DNA of 63,285 nucleotides, the filler included. It is 4 parts of 4 records of this genome, joined end to end, with 100 filler letters (N's around TTAATTAATTAA, not from the genome) between each part and the next. Parts side by side here need not be neighbours in the genome. Positions count along the whole stretch, not along the records: positions 1 to 23,904 come from SRR31156797_15495; positions 24,005 to 33,946 come from SRR31156797_15505; 2 more parts are not named here. The stretch is one strand, 5' to 3'. Below are positions 19,918 to 29,691 of this stretch, one piece after another. Position 1 is the stretch's first letter. Every line of letters starts with the position of its first letter. The notes under the pieces are model-generated. The model was not told the origin of the DNA. It was given only the letters and a program-made list of their open reading frames with translations, and searched no databases. Both the position numbers and the translations under genes were made by a program.

Positions 19918-19953
19918 TTGAATCTTGCAACTTTTCGATTGAATTTTACATCA
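19918..19953 (+). promoter_or_regulatory. 21-bp-period direct repeat, putative AraC binding site
   Basis: TTGAATCTTGCAA (19918) and TTGAATTTTACAT (19939), upstream of the CMD gene. Confidence 0.55.
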
Positions 19954-20009
19954 TAAAAACCTTAGCTTTAGTTATCATCTTATATAACTAACTATACTAA
20001 GGATTTACA

Positions 20010-20384
20010 ATGAAATCAGAAAGATTTAATAAAGGATGGGAAAAACTAAAAGAGGTAGATGGACAAGCAGGTGAAAATGTGATTAATTCACTTAAAAGTA
20101 TTGCTCCTGAATTTGCAGATCTTCTTATAGAGTTTCCATTTGGAGATATCTATACAAGAGATGGACTAGACCTTCGATCACGTGAGATTGCAACCATTGC
20201 AGCTTTAACCGCTATGGGAAATGCAACCCCTCAACTAAAAGTACATATCCACGCTGGACTGAATGTTGGACTTACTAAAATAGAGATTGTAGAAACTATC
20301 ATGCAGATGGCTGTATATAGTGGTTTCCCAAGTGCATTAAATGGTTTATTTGCTGCAAAAGAGGTATTTCTAAATGAAAACTAA
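20010..20384 (+). CDS. Carboxymuconolactone decarboxylase family protein
   Basis: EFPFGDIY, REIATIAAL, QLKVH, AVYSGFP. Confidence 0.93.
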   Translation: MKSERFNKGWEKLKEVDGQAGENVINSLKSIAPEFADLLIEFPFGDIYTRDGLDLRSREIATIAALTAMGNATPQLKVHIHAGLNVGLTKIEIVETIMQMAVYSGFPSALNGLFAAKEVFLNEN

Positions 20385-21156
20385 ACTACTATTATTTTTA
20401 CTCCTCGGGATACTTTCTAATATGTTTGCAAATCAACTTATAAAACTCAATAGTAACTTAACTTCACCAGTTGGAATGGCATTTGATTCAAAAAAGAATC
20501 TATACATCACCAATTGGGGAAATAGTACCATATCTTTATGGGATGGAAAAGCTTTAAAAACTATCTCATATGATATTCCATCACCTTCGGGAATTGCTAT
20601 TGATAAAAATGATACAATATTTATCGCCTCATATAGTAGTGGAAAAATATACAAACTTGATAAAAGTTATAATGCAACTATATTTGTTGATGGACTATCA
20701 ACTATGGCAGGTCTTAGTTTTGATTTTGATGGAAATTTACTAGTATCTCATAGGGGTAAAAGTGAGATTCTACGAATTACAAAAGATAAACAAATAGAAT
20801 CTTTTATATCTCAAGGATTAACTACTCCAGTTGCCATACAACAAATCTCAAAAAAAACCTATATCATCAATGATATTACAGGATTTGTTTATAAATATGA
20901 TACAAAAAAAGGCTTATCACTAATCACAGATAAAATCTCATCTCCAGCTATTGGTCTAGTACATCATCAAGCAAAAATCTATGTACCTGATTATGCAGAT
21001 AAAGGCATCTATAAAATAAACTTAGAGACAAACCAAATACAAAGAGTTGAAAAAAAGACCCAAAGTCCTGTAGCTTTAGCTTTTCAAAATAATATATTAT
21101 ATATCGGTACATGGGGAGACAATTCTCTTTATAAGATTAGTCTTGAAGATAAATAA
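20374..21156 (+). CDS. Secreted NHL/SMP-30-like beta-propeller protein
   Basis: Signal peptide; repeats SPVGMAFD, SPSGIAID, AGLSFD, TPVAI, SPVALAF. Confidence 0.8.
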   Translation: MKTKLLLFLLLGILSNMFANQLIKLNSNLTSPVGMAFDSKKNLYITNWGNSTISLWDGKALKTISYDIPSPSGIAIDKNDTIFIASYSSGKIYKLDKSYNATIFVDGLSTMAGLSFDFDGNLLVSHRGKSEILRITKDKQIESFISQGLTTPVAIQQISKKTYIINDITGFVYKYDTKKGLSLITDKISSPAIGLVHHQAKIYVPDYADKGIYKINLETNQIQRVEKKTQSPVALAFQNNILYIGTWGDNSLYKISLEDK

Positions 21157-21260
21157 AGATACAAAATCTTTTGATCATATATCACAATTTTGTAGCTTAA
21201 GAACTGTTATGGAACAGATTGTGTAATATATCTCTTAATATCAAAATATAAGGATATATT

Positions 21261-21362
21261 ATGCAAACTTGTATCAATTGTGTGAGAAAGATTTTATCGA
21301 AAGTTCTTGTTCCAAAATCACGAGGGATCTATAGCTTCCATAAACAAGATTTTGTAAGATAA
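21261..21362 (+). CDS. Unannotated 33-aa small protein MQTCINCVRKILSKVLVPKSRGIYSFHKQDFVR
   Basis: SD AAGGA 6 nt upstream of the ATG; the ORF fills the gap and its stop abuts the convergent DMT stop; CxxC near the N-terminus. Confidence 0.5.
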   Translation: MQTCINCVRKILSKVLVPKSRGIYSFHKQDFVR

Positions 21363-22250
21363 TCACTGAAAATCTTTACTAAGTAAAATAAGCGTTGCTA
21401 AAGAAGAGATAACAATACCAACTAAACTCCAAAATGAGACACTAGCTCCTTCTAATATAAAAGTAAGTAGCGCTACAACAGCAGGACTAAGATATACATA
21501 CGACATCACTTTTTTAGGTCCTAAGATAATAGTCGCTTTTTGATTTAAAAATACTGTTATAAGGGTAGCACCAATTGTAAGATAAGCCATATATAAAAAT
21601 AATTCCCCTTGAATCTTCTCCCATTCAAGTGGGATATCAAGAAAAAACATTGAAATCCCCATCCAGATACTTCCACCTACTAAAGTCATAAAAGTAAGTG
21701 TAATAACCTCATCATCTTCTTTATATAAAAACCTTGCACTAATTGAATAGAAAACCATAGCCAACACAGCTAATAAAAATATAATATCCCCAAAGTTTAA
21801 AGAGAGTTTTAAAAAAAGATTCACATCTCCTTTAAAGACAACAATACAAGTTCCAATGATCCCTATAATATAAATAGACAATTGAGCCAAAGAGATTTTT
21901 TGCTTAAAGAAAAATATTGCAAATAAAGCAGTTAAAAGTGGTACTAGTGTATAAAGCGTTCCTGTATTTAAAGCTGTTGTATACTCTAAAGCCTGAAACA
22001 GTCCTATAAAATAGAGTGAGTAAAATAGACTTATTACCATAGACTTTTGAAAACTTTGTTTAATCTTGATTCTATACTTTTGTCTTAAAAATATTAATGG
22101 AGCTAATAAAATAGAAGCAAATACAAATCGAAAAAGAGTTAAAGAGATAGGATCAATAATACCTGAGAGTTTTGCTGAAGCGATAAAAGAGCCACCAATT
22201 AAAAATGTAGCTAGAAGAACTAAAAAGTGAGCTTGTACTGTTTGTGGCAT
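21363..22250 (-). CDS. DMT/EamA family transporter
   Basis: About 10 TM helices in two EamA repeats (LTLFRF, ALEYTTALN, GDIIFL). Confidence 0.92.
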   Translation of the reverse strand: MPQTVQAHFLVLLATFLIGGSFIASAKLSGIIDPISLTLFRFVFASILLAPLIFLRQKYRIKIKQSFQKSMVISLFYSLYFIGLFQALEYTTALNTGTLYTLVPLLTALFAIFFFKQKISLAQLSIYIIGIIGTCIVVFKGDVNLFLKLSLNFGDIIFLLAVLAMVFYSISARFLYKEDDEVITLTFMTLVGGSIWMGISMFFLDIPLEWEKIQGELFLYMAYLTIGATLITVFLNQKATIILGPKKVMSYVYLSPAVVALLTFILEGASVSFWSLVGIVISSLATLILLSKDFQ

Positions 22251-22349
22251 TTATCTTTTCCTTCTTCTTTGTTTATAGAGTAAAGAATAAATTTTACTTC
22301 ATAAAATTTTATCAATACCACTAATATTATTCAAATTGGCATAATTGTT

Positions 22350-23009
22350 TTATAAAAAAGTAAAATACTCTTCTCTATCTATCTCTTTAGCTCCAAGACT
22401 TGCCAAGTGATCATTATACACTTGGCAATCAATCAGTTTTATTCCATTTGCTTTTGCTTGATTACAAAGATGATAAAAAGCGACTTTTGAAGCATCTCTC
22501 TCATCACTAAACATACTCTCACCACAAAATATATCACCTATCAATAGTCCATACAATCCACCTACAAGTTTATCATCAAGGTAGGTCTCTATGGAATAAG
22601 CATACCCTAGTCGAAACATATTGATATAAGCATAGATAAACTCTTCACTAATCCATGTATCATCTTCATATTTTCTCTTTATCTCTGCACATCTTTTGAT
22701 CACTTCTTCAAAGTTTTCATTTGTTTTGACCACAAAGCCTTTGTTGTTGATCACACGTTTTAGACTTTTTGAGAGTTTAAACTCATCTGGATAAAGTATC
22801 ATCCTTTTTTTGGGACTAAACCAATGGATATAATTATACTCATCGATAAACCAAGGGAAAAGTCCATTTTGATAAGCATTTAAAATTCGCTTAGGGTGAA
22901 AGTCTCCACCAATAGCAACAAGATCACCTTTCATCATATCAAGGCTTGGAAACTCAAAGTTATCATCATCTAAAAGGTATATTTTATGTTGTGTATCAAG
23001 TAGTTTCAT
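22350..23009 (-). CDS. aat: Leucyl/phenylalanyl-tRNA--protein transferase
   Basis: GGDFHP..ILNAYQNGLFPW, DTWI, LVGGLYG, FCGESMFS, IDCQV. Confidence 0.95.
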   Translation of the reverse strand: MKLLDTQHKIYLLDDDNFEFPSLDMMKGDLVAIGGDFHPKRILNAYQNGLFPWFIDEYNYIHWFSPKKRMILYPDEFKLSKSLKRVINNKGFVVKTNENFEEVIKRCAEIKRKYEDDTWISEEFIYAYINMFRLGYAYSIETYLDDKLVGGLYGLLIGDIFCGESMFSDERDASKVAFYHLCNQAKANGIKLIDCQVYNDHLASLGAKEIDREEYFTFL

Positions 23010-23019
23010 ATATTAGTCT

Positions 23020-23904
23020 CTATCCATGCTTTAGCTGATGACGCACAAACTCTTGATAATGACCCTCTTCATTTTCAAGTTCTTGGTGCGTTCCACTTTG
23101 TACTAGCTTTCCGTCATCTAGTACAAAGATATTATCAGCATTTTGTACTGTACTTAGTCGGTGAGCTATAGTGATCACTATTTTATCTTTTAAGATATCT
23201 TTTAGAGCAATAAAAAGTCTAGACTCTGTATGTACATCAAGGGCAGAAGTAGACTCATCAAAGATCACCACCGAAGGGTCAGCTAAGATCATCCTTGCTA
23301 TTGAAAGTCTTTGTCTTTGTCCACCTGAAAGTCTTACTCCATTTTTTCCTACTATGGTATCAAGTTTTTGGAGCATTTCATCTATCATATCTTGAAGTTG
23401 TGCTATTTTTAAAGCTTCATATATCTTACTATCTTCAAAGTTCTCATCTCCCATGGTAAGGTTAAATCGAAGGGTATTATTAAAAAGCATAGGCATTTGA
23501 AGAATCAAAAATATATTATCTCGTATAGTTCCTCTATCAAGCTTTTCGATCTCCACTCCATTGTAAAACAATTCCCCATTTGTTTTAGTATAAAATCCTG
23601 AGATGATTTGCGCTAAAGTTGTTTTTCCACTTCCACTTGCTCCAATAAGTGCAATCTTACTTTTTGGCTCAATTGTAAGATTGATATCTTTTAAAATTAC
23701 TCTTTTTTCATTGTAAGCAAAATCAAGATTTTTTAGCTCTATTTTCATATGAGTACTTTTTTCTATCTTGATATCTCCACTTGGTTCTTGTTGCAGATTC
23801 AATAGTTTATTTATCCTTCCAAGAGCTGCTTTTGTGCTTGCCCATGAGTATTGGATAGCTAGTACATCTTGAATAGGAGTCATAATAAACCATATATATC
23901 CAAA
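23020..23904 (-). CDS. ABC exporter (fused permease/ATPase), C-terminal part, truncated by contig end
   Basis: GASGSGKT, LSGGQRQR, IFDESTSALD, IAHRL. Confidence 0.92.
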   Translation of the reverse strand, partial: FGYIWFIMTPIQDVLAIQYSWASTKAALGRINKLLNLQQEPSGDIKIEKSTHMKIELKNLDFAYNEKRVILKDINLTIEPKSKIALIGASGSGKTTLAQIISGFYTKTNGELFYNGVEIEKLDRGTIRDNIFLILQMPMLFNNTLRFNLTMGDENFEDSKIYEALKIAQLQDMIDEMLQKLDTIVGKNGVRLSGGQRQRLSIARMILADPSVVIFDESTSALDVHTESRLFIALKDILKDKIVITIAHRLSTVQNADNIFVLDDGKLVQSGTHQELENEEGHYQEFVRHQLKHG

Positions 23905-24004
23905 NNNNNNNNNNNNNNNNNNNNNNNNNNNNNNNNNNNNNNNNNNNNTTAATTAATTAANNNNNNNNNNNNNNNNNNNNNNNNNNNNNNNNNNNNNNNN
24001 NNNN
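23905..24004. other. Artificial contig spacer N44-TTAATTAATTAA-N44
   Basis: Identical 100-bp structure occurs three times; the linker has stops in all six frames. Confidence 0.98.
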
Positions 24005-24325
24005 CTGATTGACACTAACACCCTCAACTTCTGCCTGTTTAGCGACATCCGCATGAAGTGATTTAGGCATTCTGAGTGCAAACTTTCCGCTGTATTCCTT
24101 TTCATTCATTGAATCAGGAAGAGGAATTTCTATTCCATCATCAATTGCAACTTCAAGCCATGATTCCATTGCATCATTGATCATCGCCCAGGCATCTTCA
24201 ACGGTCTCTCCCACAGAGATACAACCTTTCAATTCCTTGATCTTTATAAAATAATCTTCATCACTTTTGACGACCTCCCTCGTGTAGGGAAGACTCATGT
24301 AATAATCAATGCTTTTTTTCTTCAT
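24005..24325 (-). CDS. hicB: HicB family antitoxin (RNase H-like domain plus C-terminal RHH), 3' end truncated
   Basis: ELKGCISVGETVEDA...EIPLP...YSGKFALRMPKSLH...EGVSVNQ. Confidence 0.92.
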
Positions 24326-24349
24326 ACCACGACCTCAACTGTACGAGCA

Positions 24350-24378
24350 AATGATATCGTATTTGATATCATTGCCAA
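24350..24378 (-). promoter_or_regulatory. hicB promoter with overlapping inverted-repeat operator
   Basis: AATGATATC-N6-GATATCATT (24350-24373), overlapping minus-strand TTGGCA...TATCAT. Confidence 0.7.
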
Positions 24379-24389
24379 GTCTCGGATTT

Positions 24390-25475
24390 TTAATTCGATG
24401 CCTGGCAGTTAGCGCTTTTCTTTAACTTTTGCTCAATCTCTTCAGTCGAAGGAAGTGTTGATCTTAGCTCATCCGGTAAAACCTGTGTCAACTGATATTC
24501 TGAAACCCCTATTGGTTTATTCATGCCGCTCAGTGAATATTCGGCAACCATCTTATCTTTGTTTTTACACAGAAGTATTCCGATTGTCGGATTGTCACCT
24601 TCTTTTTTTATAATCATATCTACCGCTTTTATATAAAAACTCAGTTTTCCGGCGTGTTCAGGTTCAAAATCAACCGTTTTCAGCTCAACAACAACATATC
24701 GGTGAAGTTTAGTGTGGTAAAAAAGAAGGTCCATAAAGAATTCCCGCTCTCCAACTTTTATTGGCACCTGTCTACCCATGTAGGCAAACCCTGCTCCGAG
24801 TTCAATCAGGAATTTTGTTATATGGTCTGTCAGATTTTGTTCCAGCTCTCTTTCAGTAAAATCTTTTGAAAGAGCAAGAAAATCAAAGCTATAAGGATCC
24901 TTCACTATCTGCCGTGCAAGATCCGAATCAGGTTCTGGAAGAGTTTTATTAAAATTGCTTGTTGCTTTTCCATCTCTTTTGAACAGGTTGATTTCGATCT
25001 GGTGCGTCAGAACGCTGCGACTCCAGTTATTTTCAATAGTTCTGTTTACATAAAACAATGCTTCTTTTATTTTTTTGCACTTTGAAACAATAACAATGTT
25101 GTGTCCCCATGGAATACTAAATATTTGTGTAGCAGGCTGCTTCACAAATTGGGCAACAGGCTGTTGCCCTTTTAAATCAGGTTTGGAATAGAACAAAACC
25201 CATCGGCGTATATATTTGATATTTCTTAAAGAGAACCCTTTCATATCTGGAAATTCCGACATAAGATCACGACTTAAGTTACTCAGGAAACCACTTCCCC
25301 ACTGTGCAGTTTTCTGTTTTTCAACAATGTCAGCACCCAGTTCCCAATAAAATTCGAGTAAAGCTGTGTTTACTGCCACTGCTGCTTTCAACTGAGATCT
25401 TTTCACTCTTTCTTTAAGATCTTTAATCCATTGAATATAAATATCATCTTTAATTATTTCTTTGTTGTCTGACAT
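24390..25475 (-). CDS. DUF1016/YhcG family PD-(D/E)XK nuclease-domain protein
   Basis: AVAVN..LL.FYW.LG, IPWGHN, KDPYSFDFL, DLLFYH...VVVELK, PTIGILLC. Confidence 0.93.
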   Translation of the reverse strand: MSDNKEIIKDDIYIQWIKDLKERVKRSQLKAAVAVNTALLEFYWELGADIVEKQKTAQWGSGFLSNLSRDLMSEFPDMKGFSLRNIKYIRRWVLFYSKPDLKGQQPVAQFVKQPATQIFSIPWGHNIVIVSKCKKIKEALFYVNRTIENNWSRSVLTHQIEINLFKRDGKATSNFNKTLPEPDSDLARQIVKDPYSFDFLALSKDFTERELEQNLTDHITKFLIELGAGFAYMGRQVPIKVGEREFFMDLLFYHTKLHRYVVVELKTVDFEPEHAGKLSFYIKAVDMIIKKEGDNPTIGILLCKNKDKMVAEYSLSGMNKPIGVSEYQLTQVLPDELRSTLPSTEEIEQKLKKSANCQASN

Positions 25476-25482
25476 TTGAACC

Positions 25483-27003
25483 TCACACTATATCATTAAA
25501 CATCGTCCGATTGTAATATTGTATCGCTTCAGCAATATGATTCGCGTCAATTCTTTCACTATCACACAAGTCTGCAATTGTTCTACCAACCTTTAGTATC
25601 CTTGAATATCCACGGGTAGATATCCCCATTTTTTCCATAGCATTTTTCAACAATTTTTCCGCACCGTCATCAAGTGTACAGAATTTCTCAATATCCGATG
25701 CCTGCATCTTTGCATTTGTAAAAACCCCGGAAGATTTATATCTTTCTTTCTGGACTTTTCTGGCTTTTTCAACTCTTTCTCTGATCCCTGTGCTTTTTTC
25801 GCCTGAACTTTTATTTCTGAGGTCTTCATATGGCACGGAATTCACGATTATTGAAATATCAATTCTATCAAGTAGCGGTCCTGAAATTTTCTGCTGATAT
25901 CTGTGAACAGACGAAGCACTGCAAGTACACTTTCTTTTCTTGTCAAAAAGATAGCCGCAAGGACACGGATTCATTGAGGCGACAAGCATGAAACTTGAAG
26001 GATATTTCACAGTTTGAGTCGCCCTTGAGATCGAAACATCACCATCTTCCATCGGCTGCCTGAGAACTTCAAGAGTATTTCTGTTAAATTCGGGCAATTC
26101 ATCAAGAAAAAGCACGCCATTATGAGCAAGACTTACTTCCCCCGGCTTTGGCGGAGATCCACCACCGACAAGAGCAATGTGTGAACAGGTCGAATGCGGA
26201 CTTCTAAAGGGTCTCTGGGTAATCAGCCCTTCACCTTTTAGCAAACTGCTTACACTAAAAAGCTTTGTAGTCTCAATGCTTTCCTCCCTTTCCAGTTCCG
26301 GCAAAATCGTAGGAACTCTTCTTGCAAGCATCGTCTTTCCACTTCCAGGAGACCCTATCATAAGAATATTGTGTCCACCTGCCGCAGCGATCTCAATTGC
26401 TCTTTTTGCCTGATCGTGACCTCTTACTTCAAAAAAATCCAGAAGATGCTTCGTCTCTTTCTTTTCCACCACAGTTTTATGAAACTCTTTTGGACCGTAA
26501 CGCAAAAGTTCAAGAATATCATTAAGGTCTGAAACGGTCACAACTCCAATTTCAGTAATTGCCGCAGCTTCATCACCATTTTCCTTTGGTACGATTATTC
26601 CGTCAAACCCCTCTTCCTTGGCAGTGATCGCAAGCGGAAGAATTCCTCTCACAGGTTTAACAACACCGTTAAGAGCAAGTTCTCCAATTATCATATAGTT
26701 CTTTATTTTTTCCGGATCGATCGTGTAAATTGAAGATAGTATCGAAGCGGCAATTGCAAGATCGAACCCTGCACCTTCTTTTTTCATTCCTGCTGGCGCC
26801 AAATTTATCGTTATCCTGTTCTGCGGAAACTTATGTCCGCTATTAATGATCGAAGTCCTAACTCTTTCTCGGGATTCTCTTATGGCTCCATCAGGAAGCC
26901 CAACAATTGAAAACCCTGGAAGCCCCCTGGAAATATCCACCTCAACATCAATTACACTGCCATCTATCCCTGACAAAGATCCGCTTTTTAAAATCGTAAA
27001 CAC
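25483..27003 (-). CDS. comM: ComM/YifB Mg-chelatase-like AAA+ ATPase
   Basis: IVGLPD..IRESRER, TINLAPA, GSPGSGKT, PGEVSLAHNGVLFLDE, NPCPCG, SGPLLDRID. Confidence 0.95.
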   Translation of the reverse strand: MFTILKSGSLSGIDGSVIDVEVDISRGLPGFSIVGLPDGAIRESRERVRTSIINSGHKFPQNRITINLAPAGMKKEGAGFDLAIAASILSSIYTIDPEKIKNYMIIGELALNGVVKPVRGILPLAITAKEEGFDGIIVPKENGDEAAAITEIGVVTVSDLNDILELLRYGPKEFHKTVVEKKETKHLLDFFEVRGHDQAKRAIEIAAAGGHNILMIGSPGSGKTMLARRVPTILPELEREESIETTKLFSVSSLLKGEGLITQRPFRSPHSTCSHIALVGGGSPPKPGEVSLAHNGVLFLDELPEFNRNTLEVLRQPMEDGDVSISRATQTVKYPSSFMLVASMNPCPCGYLFDKKRKCTCSASSVHRYQQKISGPLLDRIDISIIVNSVPYEDLRNKSSGEKSTGIRERVEKARKVQKERYKSSGVFTNAKMQASDIEKFCTLDDGAEKLLKNAMEKMGISTRGYSRILKVGRTIADLCDSERIDANHIAEAIQYYNRTMFNDIV

Positions 27004-27176
27004 TTTTAACCCTCCATTGTTTATCTTTGTAAATCTATATTATCTGTTATTGTTTGTCAACTCGTCAGTCAACTTTTGCTCTAACTTAACAACATCCTGA
27101 AATAACAGGGGAAAAAAATATGGCTTATGCTTTGCTGAATAATTCACGTGTTTTTTGATAGCAGACGCGTCTTTAT

Positions 27177-27204
27177 TTGACAAAGTGTTGTATAAAATTA
27201 TAAT
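27177..27204 (+). promoter_or_regulatory. Consensus sigma70 promoter
   Basis: TTGACA-N16-TATAAT upstream of the 27226-33946 gene run. Confidence 0.7.
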
Positions 27205-27225
27205 TTTCGTCTGTTATTTAATTAG

Positions 27226-28161
27226 GTGGAACTGATGCCCGGAATAGGACTTATATCGAACCCATACTCCAGAAAAAACAGAAAAGATCCCAAGAGACTG
27301 CAAAAGCTCATTGATCTTGCACCAGACAAAAAACTCGTTAAACTGCCGGATTCATTTGAGAAAATGGACGAGGCGATGCGTTACTTCAAGTCCAGGAACA
27401 TCGAAGTTCTAGCTGTAAACGGCGGAGACGGAACAGTTCATGTAGCTCTTTGCTCTTTAATAAAGATCTATGGAAACAAACCCCTTCCAAAGCTAGCCAT
27501 TTTAAAAGGCGGGACTATGAATCAGACTGCCACTAACCTGAGGATCAAAGGGAATTCTATCTCAATCTTCAAGCGTGTAGTTAAGGCAATAGAAAAGAAA
27601 AAAGATATTAAGATCAAAAAGCTTTCTTTGTTAAAAGCTAACAATAAGTATGGATTTATTTTTGGAAACGGAGCTGTCTGTTCGTTTATGGATGTATATC
27701 ATAGAAGTGGCGATCCTTCACCTCTAGTTGCTGGAAAAGCAGTTGTCAGCCTCGTTGGGTCCATAATGGTTCGAGGTTCAACTTATAAAGAAGTTTTTTC
27801 TCCGACAGAGCAGGAAATATCCGTGGATGACTTTAATTTCGGTAAGCAGTCTTATCTGGCAACACTAATTTCAACTCTGCCGGAAGTTGGGCTCGGATTT
27901 AAGCTCATGCATAGAGCAGCATCCGACTATACAAAAGCACATATGATGGCTTTTCATGACAAGGCAAAGATCGTAGGACAGATTCCAAGAGCGTGGCTTG
28001 GACTATCTCTTCCCCCTGATATAGTTGACGATACGATAGGAAAGACGTTCGTAATAAATAGAAAGAAACCGTTTAAATATACCCTAGATGGCGATTTTTA
28101 CACATCATCAGGCAACCTGGTAATCAACACCGGTCCTGTCATGGACATAATTGTGGAGTAA
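27226..28161 (+). CDS. Diacylglycerol/lipid kinase family protein
   Basis: NPYS, GGDGT, GGTMN, TLDGD. Confidence 0.88.
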   Translation: MELMPGIGLISNPYSRKNRKDPKRLQKLIDLAPDKKLVKLPDSFEKMDEAMRYFKSRNIEVLAVNGGDGTVHVALCSLIKIYGNKPLPKLAILKGGTMNQTATNLRIKGNSISIFKRVVKAIEKKKDIKIKKLSLLKANNKYGFIFGNGAVCSFMDVYHRSGDPSPLVAGKAVVSLVGSIMVRGSTYKEVFSPTEQEISVDDFNFGKQSYLATLISTLPEVGLGFKLMHRAASDYTKAHMMAFHDKAKIVGQIPRAWLGLSLPPDIVDDTIGKTFVINRKKPFKYTLDGDFYTSSGNLVINTGPVMDIIVE

Positions 28162-28164
28162 ACT

Positions 28165-28929
28165 ATGAAGTACACAAACAGTGGTAACACACATCCCGGA
28201 ATGAAAAGAGAACTTAACGAAGACAATTTCACTATCCTTGAAGAGCAAGGAGTTTATGTAGTTGCAGACGGCATGGGCGGACATAATGCCGGAGAAGTTG
28301 CATCTGAAATTGCAGTTAAAACTGTTGAGGACTTTTTTCTGAAATCTTCAAGAGATGAAGAAATGACATGGCCTTACAAACTTGACCCGTCACTTTCTCT
28401 TGATGCTAACAAGCTTATGGTCGGCATAAAATTCGCCAACAGAAGAATTTACAGCAGTTCATCTTCAAACGCTTCTTATGCAGGAATGGGCACTACTGTC
28501 GTTTCAATACTTACAGCTGATACTGATGAGATCTATGTTTCTCATGTTGGAGACAGTCGCTGTTACTGTTTTTACGAAGGCAGTCTGATCCAGGTAACTG
28601 ACGACCACTCTCTGGTTAACGAATATATTAAGGCCGGTCAGATAACAAAAGAGCAGGCGGTTAATTTTCCTCATAAAAACGTTATTATGAGAGCACTTGG
28701 AATGAAAGATAACGTTCTTGTAGATATCCAAAAAAGAAAAGTTCAACCTGGAGAGATCTACCTTCTTTGCTCAGATGGACTTTCAGATATGGTTGATGAT
28801 CCTAGCATTGAAGCTATCTTTGCAAAGAACATGTCTCTTGATGAAACAACTCAAGCTCTAATTGACGCAGCAAACGCCAATGGAGGCAAAGACAATATCA
28901 CCGTAGTACTAGTCAAAGTTGAAGGTTAA
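28165..28929 (+). CDS. PP2C/PPM Ser/Thr phosphatase (Stp1/IreP family)
   Basis: RELNED, VADGMGGH, MGTT, HVGDSR, LCSDGL, GKDNIT. Confidence 0.95.
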   Translation: MKYTNSGNTHPGMKRELNEDNFTILEEQGVYVVADGMGGHNAGEVASEIAVKTVEDFFLKSSRDEEMTWPYKLDPSLSLDANKLMVGIKFANRRIYSSSSSNASYAGMGTTVVSILTADTDEIYVSHVGDSRCYCFYEGSLIQVTDDHSLVNEYIKAGQITKEQAVNFPHKNVIMRALGMKDNVLVDIQKRKVQPGEIYLLCSDGLSDMVDDPSIEAIFAKNMSLDETTQALIDAANANGGKDNITVVLVKVEG

Positions 28930-28958
28930 CCACTAATAATTTGTTTTGGAGAACAGAA

Positions 28959-29687
28959 ATGAAGAAATTTAACAATGTCGCGACAATCCTTTTCACAGCT
29001 TTTTTTACACTTTCTATTATCAGCTGTGGAGAGGGCGAAACAACAGACCCAAAAAACGATGACACTGTAAACGATGCTGATACAACAGAAGTTCTTGATG
29101 ATGCACAGACTGACGAAGAAGAAACTGTTGATGAAGATACAGCTATCGACATCACAACTCTTGACTACCCGGAAGTTGGCTCTTCTTCAGGTGCTAGAGG
29201 TGATGTATTAAGCAACCTCATATTTTTTGATGAAACTGACAGAGAAAGAGCTCTTGCAGAATGGTATAAAGAGAACAACCCTGATTCAAAACTTATATGG
29301 CTTGTCGTAAGCACATACGACTGTCCTTACTGTGTTGTTGAAAAAAGAGACCTTCCTAAGGTCAATAAACAGGAATATAAAGATAGAGGTTTTTCTCTTA
29401 TCGTTATTATGAACGGACTTCTTTCAGGACCTCAGACATCTCTTGAGCCAGGAAAAATTGCTTCACTTAAGGAATCAAACATCAGTGTTTATGGCGAAGA
29501 AGGAAACTATACTTACGGTTACCTTAAATCACAGGCACTACTTGGAAAATTGGGCATTGAAGGATATCCTCACAACATTCTAATTGATGCAAACAACATG
29601 GAAGTTCTTGACACTTTTGGCGGATGGGACACTTCACTTGTTGAAAAGTATGACAAGTTCATAGATTTCATGCTTGACGAACTTTGA
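28959..29687 (+). CDS. Lipoprotein with acidic linker and thioredoxin-like (redoxin) domain
   Basis: Lipobox IISC, D/E/T-rich linker, CPYC, GYP cis-Pro loop; start MKKFNN at 28959. Confidence 0.75.
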   Translation: MKKFNNVATILFTAFFTLSIISCGEGETTDPKNDDTVNDADTTEVLDDAQTDEEETVDEDTAIDITTLDYPEVGSSSGARGDVLSNLIFFDETDRERALAEWYKENNPDSKLIWLVVSTYDCPYCVVEKRDLPKVNKQEYKDRGFSLIVIMNGLLSGPQTSLEPGKIASLKESNISVYGEEGNYTYGYLKSQALLGKLGIEGYPHNILIDANNMEVLDTFGGWDTSLVEKYDKFIDFMLDEL

Positions 29688-29691
29688 TCCA

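Noticed and set aside
3337..23009. Run of small cassette-like genes (GNAT, pentapeptide, PhzF, cupin, MmcQ, transglutaminase) suggesting an integron array
   Set aside because: No integrase, no recurring attC-like RYYYAAC...GTTRRRY hairpins, mixed orientations, and many overlapping genes
23905..24004. Repeated TTAATTAATTAA palindrome flanked by Ns (also 33947-34046 and 55367-55466)
   Set aside because: Artificial concatenation linker. ORF ends containing X or 'LIN' are artefacts, and adjacency across spacers has no biological meaning.
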